A stretch of DNA of 41,153 bases from a virus. A program made the position numbers and the translations under genes. Shown piece by piece: positions 19,264-27,736 of this stretch (its first letter is position 1; the number at the start of each line of letters is the position of its first letter). The notes under the pieces were generated by a model. The model had not been told where the DNA came from and did no database searches. It saw nothing but the letters and a program-made list of their open reading frames with translations. The stretch lies in the IMG/VR virus record IMGVR_UViG_3300045988_161654. One strand, given 5' to 3'.

Positions 19264-19655
19264 ATAAATTCCCCCTTAAACACTTTACTTATAATTTCCA
19301 TACAAATATTTAATGTTTCGCAAAGTCTTTCTTCAGTTACTGGCTTAGCTTCTTCTGCTTCTCCATTTAACATTTTGTGTAATTTTACTCTTGCATTTTC
19401 TGTTGCTTTTAAATTTTCTATATGTTCTTGAAACATAGATGTTTGAAAATCATATTCCTTACATCTCTTTTCATATTCTGCTAATATCAATTGCTTTGTT
19501 TTTGTAGCATTTTCAGTTCTTATCTGTCTATTATGAAACATAATCAATAACTGTTTTAATGCTAAAAAACAATGTATTTCTAATAAGTTATAATCTGCAG
19601 GAGGTGTTTCAAGTTTTATAGAATCATTTATAATTTGTTCTTTACTTTTTCCCAT
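19260..19655 (-). CDS. Hypothetical protein
   Basis: 131-aa ORF with a GGAGG RBS. It is the first gene after the iteron region. Confidence 0.45.
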   Translation of the reverse strand: MGKSKEQIINDSIKLETPPADYNLLEIHCFLALKQLLIMFHNRQIRTENATKTKQLILAEYEKRCKEYDFQTSMFQEHIENLKATENARVKLHKMLNGEAEEAKPVTEERLCETLNICMEIISKVFKGEFI

Positions 19656-19656
19656 T

Positions 19657-19917
19657 GTCTAACCTCCGTCTTACATTTTTTGCTTACCTCAAATATGCTA
19701 TTTATATAATGGTCTGACCTGTCTAACCTTTTTCCAAGGATATATTTATATTTTTTATAAATATTTAATTTTTCTCAAGTATAAAAAATTTTTTCCATGT
19801 GTATAATATTATTTTGTTAGACGTCAGACTTTTTGTTTTTTATTTAATAAAAGTCGCTTGGCTCTATGTTTTTCAATGGGTCTTACCTTAGTCTTACCTT
19901 TTTTTATTAGGTTAGAC
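19657..19917. repeat. Iteron-rich intergenic region (putative origin of replication or regulatory hub)
   Basis: GTCT(A/T/G)AC(CT) copies at 19657, 19668, 19712, 19721, 19880 and 19891. Inverted copies at 19816, 19823 and 19909. They flank an AT-rich core of about 85 bp. Confidence 0.55.
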
Positions 19918-19918
19918 T

Positions 19919-21823
19919 TTAGAATGGCAAGTCCTCTAAATTTGATTGCTCATAATTTTCTTCATAAGCAATATCTGACTTTTCAGGTTCTAATCTAAAT
20001 TTTATGTATGCTCCCTTTATTCCAAATGCTTTCGTAAAGTGTGTAAACTTTCCTTGTGAATTTCTTTCTATTTGATTTCTATCTGCAAAATTTCTTATTA
20101 CTGCATTAAAGTCAAAACCTGCTTTATTCAAAGCTTCTGTATAAACACTTTTGTTTACTAAACATAGATCTTCGTTTTCTATATATTTACCCCAAATTTC
20201 TCCATTTTCATTTTCTTTAAATCTATTTATATTTTGAGAAATCCAGTTCATAGTCCACTCATAAGCTCTTGTACTAACATCTACTTCTTTTGAACTTGTT
20301 AGCCAATTCTTTACATCATCTATATTTAATTTTTCATCCTTAAATATCAGATTTGTAGATATTTCATCAGCTAAAAGTATTGTTGCCATCGCCATTGCTT
20401 GTTTATCAGTAGTATCAGTTTTTTCTAATATTTCCTTAAATATTTCTCTGTATCTTTGTTGCAATTCTTCTTGTTCAGGAAGATTTTTTATAAAATCTTT
20501 TCCAGCAAATCCATAATTTTTCCTTACAAAATTACTAATGTAATTACCATCCTCAATAACCTTTTCTGTTGCCTCAATTTCTATTACTCTATTTTTTACT
20601 CCTCCTCCAGAAGTTGCTTTTGTGATTGGCTCTTCTCCTGTAAATAGGAAACAACAATTCCATTCTTTTAATATTTCAATACCACCATAAGCTTTACCTC
20701 TGCCTCTATCAACCCCTTCAGTCAAGTACATTACTAGATTATCAAAGCTATCCCATCTATTTTTTATGGTTTGTAATTCATCTCCTGCGAATGGAATATC
20801 ATGTACAAAAGCTGCATATCTTGCCAATGCTACTTGTGTTGCATTTAATGTTCTTACCATTTTTCCTACTTCAGGATTTCCCCAAATAGACATTGCAAGC
20901 ATCAATCCTACAGTTTTTCCTGCTCCTGTTCCTCCCCATATATGTACCACAAATGGCAATACTCCCAATTTTTGATTAAGTGTACTAGCAAATGATGCGG
21001 CCAATAATATATGAGCAATTTTACTTTGCTTTCTCACTTTTCTACACACATCTTTCCAATCTTCATATTTTCCAATTCCTTTTATGCTAGCATATACATC
21101 TTTAAATGCCATATCTCCATCATATTTAAGATTTTCCACATAAGGTGCAAATTCATTTTCTATCCATCCAAGCCTGTCTGTACTTCTGCTTACTGGTATT
21201 TCCTTTGCATTTAATGATACAACATCAGCAATATATGAAACCAGATCCTTTGCATTCTCCGAATTTACTTCTACACCTCTGTCTGATAATTGGATAATAT
21301 TAGATTTATTTGCTACCATACTTCTCTCAATTGTTATGTACTGCCATTTATCATCTTTGAAAAAAGCTAATTTAATTTTTTCAGTTTCTGAGTCTACATT
21401 AATCAATCTTTCCACTGGTAGTATAGGATGAGGGCAAGCAATAATTGTTTGCGGTATCATTCCTGCACCCATTGTACTTTTTGTTACACCTGAATCCTCA
21501 CACTCCCATTTTCCACACTTTAGACCTTCAATTGGTGGTTGTGTAAAATGAATGATATTACTTCCCTTTTGTTTATATCTTTGAGCAAATTCCGTTTGGT
21601 ATGCCTTTAATAATTTATCAAAACTTCTTATTATTCCAAGTTCTCTTGCTTTATCTTCTAATTTTATTATCAATTCTGTTTTAGCAATCGAATTATCTAT
21701 TGAAAAAATATATTCAAATACTTCTCTTCCTAAAATTTTATCTTTTGTTAATTCATCAATTTCCCCAAAAGGTGTAAATCCTTCATTCATTAATTTTTCT
21801 GAAAGTTCTAACTCTTGATTCAA
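19919..21823 (-). CDS. Replicative SF3-type helicase / DUF927-like primase-helicase
   Basis: Walker A (WGGTGAGKT), downstream acidic Walker B, 634 aa. C-terminus ends in EDLPF. Confidence 0.7.
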   Translation of the reverse strand: MNQELELSEKLMNEGFTPFGEIDELTKDKILGREVFEYIFSIDNSIAKTELIIKLEDKARELGIIRSFDKLLKAYQTEFAQRYKQKGSNIIHFTQPPIEGLKCGKWECEDSGVTKSTMGAGMIPQTIIACPHPILPVERLINVDSETEKIKLAFFKDDKWQYITIERSMVANKSNIIQLSDRGVEVNSENAKDLVSYIADVVSLNAKEIPVSRSTDRLGWIENEFAPYVENLKYDGDMAFKDVYASIKGIGKYEDWKDVCRKVRKQSKIAHILLAASFASTLNQKLGVLPFVVHIWGGTGAGKTVGLMLAMSIWGNPEVGKMVRTLNATQVALARYAAFVHDIPFAGDELQTIKNRWDSFDNLVMYLTEGVDRGRGKAYGGIEILKEWNCCFLFTGEEPITKATSGGGVKNRVIEIEATEKVIEDGNYISNFVRKNYGFAGKDFIKNLPEQEELQQRYREIFKEILEKTDTTDKQAMAMATILLADEISTNLIFKDEKLNIDDVKNWLTSSKEVDVSTRAYEWTMNWISQNINRFKENENGEIWGKYIENEDLCLVNKSVYTEALNKAGFDFNAVIRNFADRNQIERNSQGKFTHFTKAFGIKGAYIKFRLEPEKSDIAYEENYEQSNLEDLPF

Positions 21824-22394
21824 CTCTGCTCACCACCTTTTTTTCGTGTTTCCAAAACCATATTTTATCATCAATAGTTCCGTCAATAAAAATGCAATCT
21901 ATGATGTATTCAATATAGTCTTTGTTATGCAATGCTTCTATATATAGTTCGTCTATTTCATCTTCAGGAAACTTGGGAGATTTTTCTTTTTCCCAGTGCC
22001 ACATTAGATGTAAATAATCGCATAACAATTGCAATGTTTTATTTTCCCATTGCTTAAACATTTCTTCTGTTTTTCTTTTTTCTTTATATTTATTTACTTC
22101 AAAATAATTTGTTCTTGCCTGGTCATTTAATCCCAATCCTAAAGTATGATTAATACTTTTTGCTGCCTCTAGTGCATTTACATTTAATAATTCTGATACA
22201 AGAGAAATTGCATCTCCACCCTTTCCACATCCAAAGCATTTCCATATTTGCTTAGATGGAGATACTGAAAGTGATGGTGTATTTTCCCTATGAAATGGAC
22301 ATATACACTTATACGACCTATCTAGTTTTAATCCATAATATTCTGCAACTTTTACTATATCGCTTCTTTCCTTAACTTCTCTTATCAAATTCAT
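21783..22394 (-). CDS. CHC2 (DnaG-type) zinc-finger protein without TOPRIM domain
   Basis: CPFHRENTPSLSV...WKCFGCGKGGD is the canonical DnaG N-terminal zinc-binding motif. The remaining roughly 120 aa show no TOPRIM motifs. Confidence 0.7.
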   Translation of the reverse strand: MNLIREVKERSDIVKVAEYYGLKLDRSYKCICPFHRENTPSLSVSPSKQIWKCFGCGKGGDAISLVSELLNVNALEAAKSINHTLGLGLNDQARTNYFEVNKYKEKRKTEEMFKQWENKTLQLLCDYLHLMWHWEKEKSPKFPEDEIDELYIEALHNKDYIEYIIDCIFIDGTIDDKIWFWKHEKKVVSRVESRVRTFRKINE

Positions 22395-22403
22395 TTGTAC
22401 CTC

Positions 22404-22958
22404 CTAGAATGGCAAATCGTCATTATCTGCTACATTTGTTGAAAAATCATCGAATGCCTCACCTTTTTGTGCCAATTTCTTTGGTGCTGGAATTTTTGCT
22501 TCTTCAGCTTTATCGTATGATACTGCAAAGAATGGTTTTACACTTGTGTGTAGTTGTCCATCTTGTCCTTCAAATTCCTCTTCTCTAAATACAAGTCCTA
22601 CTTTTTTATTTACCAATTCTTGCTCATTAAAGTTGAATTTGAATCCAGTATTAGAAGCTTCTACAGAAGTTATTAATCCCTTAAATTTAGGATTAGTAGT
22701 TCCTGGATTATATCCTTCTGTGAATACAGTCCAAATACCACTCCACTTTGGTTCTGGTCTTGCATCATTTGCAAATTTCTTCTGATAAAAATCTTTATAC
22801 TCTCCTTCAGCAATATCAAATCCTATTTTCAAATATTCTTTTCCTGCTTGTGTCTTCTCACAAACTACTTTTTTTATTAAGCATTTATATCCTCCAGCAG
22901 GTATTGTTTCAAATTCTCCAAAGGCTTGTGCCTCATCATATCCTTGTGGTTTTTCCAT
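22404..22958 (-). CDS. DUF669-type phage SSB-like protein
   Basis: 184 aa with an acidic tail ending DNDDLPF. Sits in the position typical of Sak4-associated SSB. Confidence 0.6.
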   Translation of the reverse strand: MEKPQGYDEAQAFGEFETIPAGGYKCLIKKVVCEKTQAGKEYLKIGFDIAEGEYKDFYQKKFANDARPEPKWSGIWTVFTEGYNPGTTNPKFKGLITSVEASNTGFKFNFNEQELVNKKVGLVFREEEFEGQDGQLHTSVKPFFAVSYDKAEEAKIPAPKKLAQKGEAFDDFSTNVADNDDLPF

Positions 22959-22976
22959 TTTAAATTCCTCCTATTT

Positions 22977-23207
22977 TTAATCATTTAATCCTATTGCTGA
23001 ACCTATTACTATACCTAACCAAGCAATAAGCCCTCCTATTTCACAAAATATTATTTTTGCTATTCCTAGTGCTATTCCTAATCCATTTACAGGATTTATT
23101 GAATTAATTATTTGTGTTATTCCGCCTACAAACATTAGCCAAAATCCTACATATATTCCTAAAGCAATTCCTATAATTGCTATTATAATTCCTAATATTT
23201 TTCTCAC
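22977..23207 (-). CDS. Small glycine-zipper membrane protein
   Basis: 76 aa, almost entirely hydrophobic, with GxxxG-rich helices. Confidence 0.5.
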   Translation of the reverse strand: MRKILGIIIAIIGIALGIYVGFWLMFVGGITQIINSINPVNGLGIALGIAKIIFCEIGGLIAWLGIVIGSAIGLND

Positions 23208-23425
23208 TATTTTTTCTCCTCTCCTGTTATTCTTGCTATAAAATCCATTATTTTTTTAGCTTCTTCTCCTTCTACCTTTACAACTCCATGTATATTATTT
23301 TCTTCTTGGTTTATTGGATTGTTTTCTTTTTTTTCTTCTTCTTTAACTAAGTCTTCTGCTATATCTGATATTTTTAATCCTGACATAAAAGCTAATCCTA
23401 TAATTTCTAATGTACTAAAATCCAT
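23207..23425 (-). CDS. Hypothetical protein
   Basis: 72-aa ORF. Its stop overlaps the next start. Confidence 0.4.
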   Translation of the reverse strand: MDFSTLEIIGLAFMSGLKISDIAEDLVKEEEKKENNPINQEENNIHGVVKVEGEEAKKIMDFIARITGEEKK

Positions 23426-23565
23426 TATTTATCACCTCTCTTTCTCTTTTGAAACCATGACCAAAATCCTTTAAAATCTGATCTGTATCTTTTTGCTACT
23501 CCTTTGTTATGTTCTTTCCATTGTTGTTTCAACTGTGTTCTTTCAATTCTTCTTTGTAAACTCAT
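23425..23565 (-). CDS. Small basic protein (46 aa, below ORF-track cutoff)
   Basis: MSLQRRIERTQLKQQWKEHNKGVAKRYRSDFKGFWSWFQKRKRGDK. GGAGG RBS 7 nt upstream. TAATG overlap with the next gene. Confidence 0.45.
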   Translation of the reverse strand: MSLQRRIERTQLKQQWKEHNKGVAKRYRSDFKGFWSWFQKRKRGDK

Positions 23566-23576
23566 AATTTAACCTC

Positions 23577-24044
23577 CTAAAATGGTATATTTTCTTCATA
23601 ATCTTCTTGAATATAGTTTTTTGATGAATCTATTAGTGGAATTACAACATCATTATTTTTTATTTTTTTATATTTGTCTAAAAGTTCTTGTGCACTTGGA
23701 TCATATTTTGCGATTGCTTCATATTGCATTATTCTAGACATTTCTTTTGCCTTTTTATTTAATATTTTTTCGATTTCTTTTAGCTCCTGTTCCATTTCTT
23801 TTTCCTTATAATAATTTCCATCTAACTTAGTGGCAATCTTTGCTACTCCTTCTGTATAACAATTACAATTTGCCTCTACATCATTTTTTTCATATACAAC
23901 AGCTATTGAATATCCAAATTTCGTTATTGCTACTACATAATCTCCTCTTTCAAGGTCTAATTCAGATTTGAATATATAAGTTTGTCCTTCATAAAAATCT
24001 CTTGATCTAAAATCAGGTTTAAATATTAATTGATAATAATTCAT
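23577..24044 (-). CDS. Hypothetical replication-module protein with SSB-like C-terminal tip (EENIPF)
   Basis: Start set to ATG 24044 (MNYYQLIF...) after a GGAGGAG RBS. C-terminus is DYEENIPF. Confidence 0.5.
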   Translation of the reverse strand: MNYYQLIFKPDFRSRDFYEGQTYIFKSELDLERGDYVVAITKFGYSIAVVYEKNDVEANCNCYTEGVAKIATKLDGNYYKEKEMEQELKEIEKILNKKAKEMSRIMQYEAIAKYDPSAQELLDKYKKIKNNDVVIPLIDSSKNYIQEDYEENIPF

Positions 24045-24045
24045 T

Positions 24046-24681
24046 TTATTTTTTCTCCTCCTTGTTTTCTTTTTTATTAAGTTCATAATATTCTCTTATT
24101 GTTGTATCTACCATTTTTAAGTCATTATCTATTTTTAAATCGAACATTCCCATAGGACTTTTACAAGTACTATATCCATCACTTTGAGTTTCAAAATAAT
24201 GTTCTTGCCCATCAGTTTTACAAAGCAAAACTATTGAAAATAATCCTTCCAGTGTAAGCTGATTATCTAGCATTTTTCCTGATGTTTTTGCCTTTATTTT
24301 TCCTGTTTCTGTTGTTTCTGTATGATGTAAAAAATATACTATTGTATCTGCAGGTGTTCCTTTTATTACAAAATCTACAAGACTTCTAAAATTTAATGCA
24401 ACATCTGTAAATTTGTTGTATCCAACTTCCTTTGCTCTATCAAACATCTCAAAGGCCATTAAATATTGTGAATCATCTATTACATAAGTTTTAAAAAGTC
24501 CTTTTTGCATATTGCTTTTTATTTGTGAATATGTAACATTATCTGCTTTATTTAAGTGTTTCTTAAATGGGAGTGGCTTTCCTGCTATGTTATATATAGC
24601 AACATCATCTTTCTCAAAATTTCTTAAGCTGCAGCTTTTTCCACTACCTGATTCTCCTAGAATTAAAACTGGTATTCCCAT
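24046..24681 (-). CDS. Sak4-like / AAA_24 RecA-fold ATPase (recombination)
   Basis: N-terminal Walker A (GESGSGKS), about 210 aa. Neighbours the Gp157-like and DUF669 genes. Confidence 0.65.
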   Translation of the reverse strand: MGIPVLILGESGSGKSCSLRNFEKDDVAIYNIAGKPLPFKKHLNKADNVTYSQIKSNMQKGLFKTYVIDDSQYLMAFEMFDRAKEVGYNKFTDVALNFRSLVDFVIKGTPADTIVYFLHHTETTETGKIKAKTSGKMLDNQLTLEGLFSIVLLCKTDGQEHYFETQSDGYSTCKSPMGMFDLKIDNDLKMVDTTIREYYELNKKENKEEKK

Positions 24682-24914
24682 TAGTTTTCATCTCCTTTTT
24701 TTTCTTTTAATAAATCATTTTGTGTCTTTTTGTACTTTTGACTTTCAACTATACTTAAATATGTCATTAAATCATTATCTTCATCAATTGTTAATTTATC
24801 TTTATATCCTAATCTTGTATGGTTTAATATTAAATCTAATATAATTTTTAATTTTTCACTATCAGTTCTCAATTTTATTAATTCTTCAATTTTTATTTCA
24901 GTTTTTTCTTCCAT
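24681..24914 (-). CDS. Hypothetical protein
   Basis: 77-aa ORF. Its stop overlaps the next start. Confidence 0.4.
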   Translation of the reverse strand: MEEKTEIKIEELIKLRTDSEKLKIILDLILNHTRLGYKDKLTIDEDNDLMTYLSIVESQKYKKTQNDLLKEKKGDEN

Positions 24915-24928
24915 TTTATATTCCTCCT

Positions 24929-25417
24929 TTATTTAATTCTCAAGCTTTCTCCTCTTGGTTCTAAATGAGCAAAAGTTAATTTCTCTCCTTTTTCTAATGC
25001 TTGCCTAATTTTGTCTGTATCATTTTCAGTAATCGTTTTTGTATATTCTTCAGGTACTTCTCCATCTATTGTTAAAGTTTGTTTTCCACCGTTTTTTGCT
25101 ATATTAAAACTAAATAAATCAGTTGCAAATTTTGTTTTTCCTGTTGCCTTCATTGAGTTAAATAAGTTACTTTTTAAGGCTTTTACTCTATTTTCAAATA
25201 CCTTTGCACTTTCAGTTAATCTTTTTGCTTCTTCTTTTCTAGCATTTTGTTTAGCCTCTAGTTCTTTTATAATTTTTGCATAGTTATCGGCTTTATCTTC
25301 AATTTCTCCTTCTATCGATTCTAATGTATCAAGTATCATTTCTTCATCAGCATCTTCGTCATATAGCATATTTAATACAGTTTCATAATCATTTGTTAAT
25401 TGGTATAAATTACTCAT
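24929..25417 (-). CDS. Siphovirus Gp157-like protein
   Basis: MSNLYQLTNDYETVLNML...EEMILDTLESIEGEIEDKADNYAKII matches the remembered Gp157 family pattern. Start ATG 25417 follows AAGGAGGAG. Confidence 0.6.
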   Translation of the reverse strand: MSNLYQLTNDYETVLNMLYDEDADEEMILDTLESIEGEIEDKADNYAKIIKELEAKQNARKEEAKRLTESAKVFENRVKALKSNLFNSMKATGKTKFATDLFSFNIAKNGGKQTLTIDGEVPEEYTKTITENDTDKIRQALEKGEKLTFAHLEPRGESLRIK

Positions 25418-25646
25418 CTTTTTTCTCCTCCTTGACAAACATATTATCTTTCATTGTATGTAATACAACCATTCCAGCTAACATAGTATTAAGCTGAAAA
25501 ATAGGATCTTCTGTTTTTTCTTTTGCTTCTTTATCCTCTATTTTTCCAAAAGGGTTATTAATAGTCTCTTTCATTGCATTATTGAAAACCTTTTTAATTT
25601 CCTCGTATGTATAATTTTTTCCTTTTTCTATTTTTAAATTTTCCAT
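25410..25646 (-). CDS. Hypothetical protein
   Basis: 78-aa ORF with an RBS. Confidence 0.4.
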   Translation of the reverse strand: MENLKIEKGKNYTYEEIKKVFNNAMKETINNPFGKIEDKEAKEKTEDPIFQLNTMLAGMVVLHTMKDNMFVKEEKKDE

Positions 25647-25719
25647 TTTTCTTGTCCTTTCTAACTTTTTATGTTACAATTACATAAGAAGTATTTATAT
25701 AAATATTTTTGTGAATCAT

Positions 25720-25869
25720 CTATTTTTCGATTTGGTTGTCGGTAGATGGTTCATTTTTTAAGTTTTCTTCACAGATGAATAAAATCTCTTGTAGTATTTC
25801 TCTTAATTCAGCTTCATTATGGTATTCGTCAATGTCTGAAATAAGATCCTTAATTTTTTGATATCCCAT
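25720..25869 (-). CDS. Small acidic protein (49 aa, below ORF-track cutoff)
   Basis: MGYQKIKDLISDIDEYHNEAELREILQEILFICEENLKNEPSTDNQIEK. GGAGGG RBS 7 nt upstream. Confidence 0.4.
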   Translation of the reverse strand: MGYQKIKDLISDIDEYHNEAELREILQEILFICEENLKNEPSTDNQIEK

Positions 25870-25986
25870 ATTATTTCCCTCCTTTCAAAAGTTGTAAATT
25901 ATTTTTCATAATTCTTAATGTAGTTCTCATGTTGTTATATCTATATATGATAAATAAACTTTTGACATATTGTTTTATATTCATAC

Positions 25987-26196
25987 TTACCTCCTGTTGC
26001 TTTCCTCATATACTGTTTCAATAATCATTACAATTATAAATCCTATTATTGGAATTAAATATTCTCCTCCAAATGCTTGATGTCCTCTTTCTAAAGCTGC
26101 ATAATTGATTGCTGCAGGTGTTAATATACTTGTACATAATATAACTATTAAATCTAATATTCTTGTTATAAATTTTCTTCTATTTGTAATTTTCAT
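25987..26196 (-). CDS. Small membrane protein
   Basis: 69 aa with two hydrophobic helices. Confidence 0.45.
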   Translation of the reverse strand: MKITNRRKFITRILDLIVILCTSILTPAAINYAALERGHQAFGGEYLIPIIGFIIVMIIETVYEESNRR

Positions 26197-26198
26197 AT

Positions 26199-26438
26199 TT
26201 ATTTTCCTCCTATCAAAACTTTTTTCAATAATTCGAGTTTTGTTTCTGCTTGTATTCTTTTTTCTTTTTCACTTTCGTATAGTTCTCGGCTTACTGTATT
26301 ACCGCCAATTTTTATTCTAAAATGGCCACCATCTGATTGTTTATACTCAAGTTCATTGTTGTCTATCATTTTTTTTACTTCTTTGTATCCTATATGAAAT
26401 CGTTTCATATATTCCGTTAAACTAATCCATTCCTCCAT
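26199..26438 (-). CDS. Excisionase/MerR-like HTH DNA-binding protein
   Basis: EWISLTEYMKRFHIGYKEVKKMIDNNELEYKQSDGGHFRI resembles excisionase-family HTH_17 domains. Confidence 0.5.
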   Translation of the reverse strand: MEEWISLTEYMKRFHIGYKEVKKMIDNNELEYKQSDGGHFRIKIGGNTVSRELYESEKEKRIQAETKLELLKKVLIGGK

Positions 26439-26510
26439 TTTATTTCCTCCTTATTTGTGTGTCGTCTCGCTTTTTTTATCTTTTCCATTTTTCTCCTTTC
26501 TTGTATCTTT

Positions 26511-26729
26511 TTAAGACACTTTTGAATTAAAAAAAATTTGATCTACTTCTTCACTTGTTAATGAATATTTTTCTTTTATCTTTAGAATTTCATTTTGTGT
26601 AAATTCAGAGCCGTTTGTTTCATTCATTTTTGAAGATAATGTAGTTCTTGAAATTTGTAAATACGTTGCTAAATCTCCTCCATTGTCGCCATACAAGGCC
26701 ATTTTTGACTTTAGTTTATTTATATCCAT
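26511..26729 (-). CDS. Cro-like / early HTH regulator
   Basis: Start set to the internal ATG 26729 (MDINKLKSKMALYGDNGGDLATYLQISRTTLS...) with an AAAGGAGGGG RBS. Divergent from the CI-like gene. Confidence 0.65.
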   Translation of the reverse strand: MDINKLKSKMALYGDNGGDLATYLQISRTTLSSKMNETNGSEFTQNEILKIKEKYSLTSEEVDQIFFNSKVS

Positions 26730-26746
26730 TTTTGCCCCTCCTTTCC

Positions 26747-26884
26747 TGTATCTTTTTAAGACACCCACATAATATAATATTTGTTTTTCATTGTCAATAG
26801 TTTTTTGAAAATTTTTTAAATTTTTAAGACACTTTTTTAAAAATACTTGTAAAATTTGCAAATATATGATAATATAAAGACACT
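26747..26884. promoter_or_regulatory. Divergent immunity promoters with repeated (TTTTT)AAGACAC operator motif
   Basis: Leftward promoter: TTGACA (26792..26797), 17 nt, TATTAT (26769..26774). Rightward promoter: TTGTAA (26847..26852), 17 nt, TGaTAATAT (26870..26875). AAGACAC copies at 26758..26764, 26826..26832 and 26877..26883. Confidence 0.6.
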
Positions 26885-26899
26885 TTGGAGGTGTATAAT

Positions 26900-27502
26900 A
26901 TGAATATGGGAGAACGAATAAAACAATTAAGAATTGCAAATGGTCTTACTCAAGAGGAATTAGGCAAATATATCGGTGTTCAAAAGGCTGCTATTAGAAA
27001 ATATGAAAAAGGCGAAGTAAAAAATATGAAAAGAACTTCTATTCAAATTTTGTCTAATCTTTTTAAGGTTTCCCCTTCTTATCTAATGTGTATAGATGAA
27101 AAAAATTCATCTTCATTAAATAATAAAGAATATTTCAGTATTCCACTAATATCTGAATATAATGAAAATTTGGAAACTTCAATAAAAAAATCATTTGTAA
27201 AAGAAATTACTCTAACCGACTCTTTACCGCAAAACACTTTTGCATTACAAATAAATGATAATTCTATGTTACCTCTATTGGGAATTGGAGATATTGCTAT
27301 TATAACAGAAACCTTCGACTTTGAGTCAGGTCAAACTTGTTTAATACTTAATAATGATATTATAATGATAAGAAAAGTTACAAAAATAGATAACGAATAT
27401 GAATTACAAGCAATGAATCCATATTACCCAGTTGAAAAAACAAAAGAATTAAAAATACTTGGAAGAGTTATTAAAGCTGAAAATAATAGTGCTTTTAAAT
27501 AA
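26900..27502 (+). CDS. CI-like repressor (XRE HTH + S24 LexA-like peptidase domain)
   Basis: HTH segment GERIKQLRIANGLTQEELGKYIGVQKAAIRKYEKGE. C-terminal NDNSM...IRKV Ser/Lys dyad pattern. Start ATG 26900 lies 6 nt after GGAGGTG. Confidence 0.8.
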   Translation: MNMGERIKQLRIANGLTQEELGKYIGVQKAAIRKYEKGEVKNMKRTSIQILSNLFKVSPSYLMCIDEKNSSSLNNKEYFSIPLISEYNENLETSIKKSFVKEITLTDSLPQNTFALQINDNSMLPLLGIGDIAIITETFDFESGQTCLILNNDIIMIRKVTKIDNEYELQAMNPYYPVEKTKELKILGRVIKAENNSAFK

Positions 27503-27519
27503 GAAGGGATGTGAAATAA

Positions 27520-27732
27520 ATGTTAAAATGTAAATATTGTAATAGCACTAATGTTACAGTTCAAGCTGTAGAAAAACAAAAGAAAAGAGGAATTATAATG
27601 TCTATTATATGGATCTTGTTAGCACTTTGCACTTGTGGAATTGCATTACTAATTCCAATACTTACTAAAAAAGGAAGTAAAACCAAATCCGTTATTGTTT
27701 GTCAGGATTGCGGAAAAATAACTAAAATATAA
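27520..27732 (+). CDS. Zinc-ribbon membrane protein (immunity-region moron; possible superinfection exclusion)
   Basis: CKYC...CQDC pairs flank one transmembrane helix. Co-oriented with the repressor. Confidence 0.5.
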   Translation: MLKCKYCNSTNVTVQAVEKQKKRGIIMSIIWILLALCTCGIALLIPILTKKGSKTKSVIVCQDCGKITKI

Positions 27733-27736
27733 AAAA

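Noticed and set aside
26730-26939. N-terminal 70-codon extension of ORF 26511..26939
   Set aside because: The extension runs through the divergent promoter/operator region and the start of the CI gene. The internal ATG at 26729 has a strong AAAGGAGGGG RBS and yields a typical 72-aa Cro-like HTH protein.
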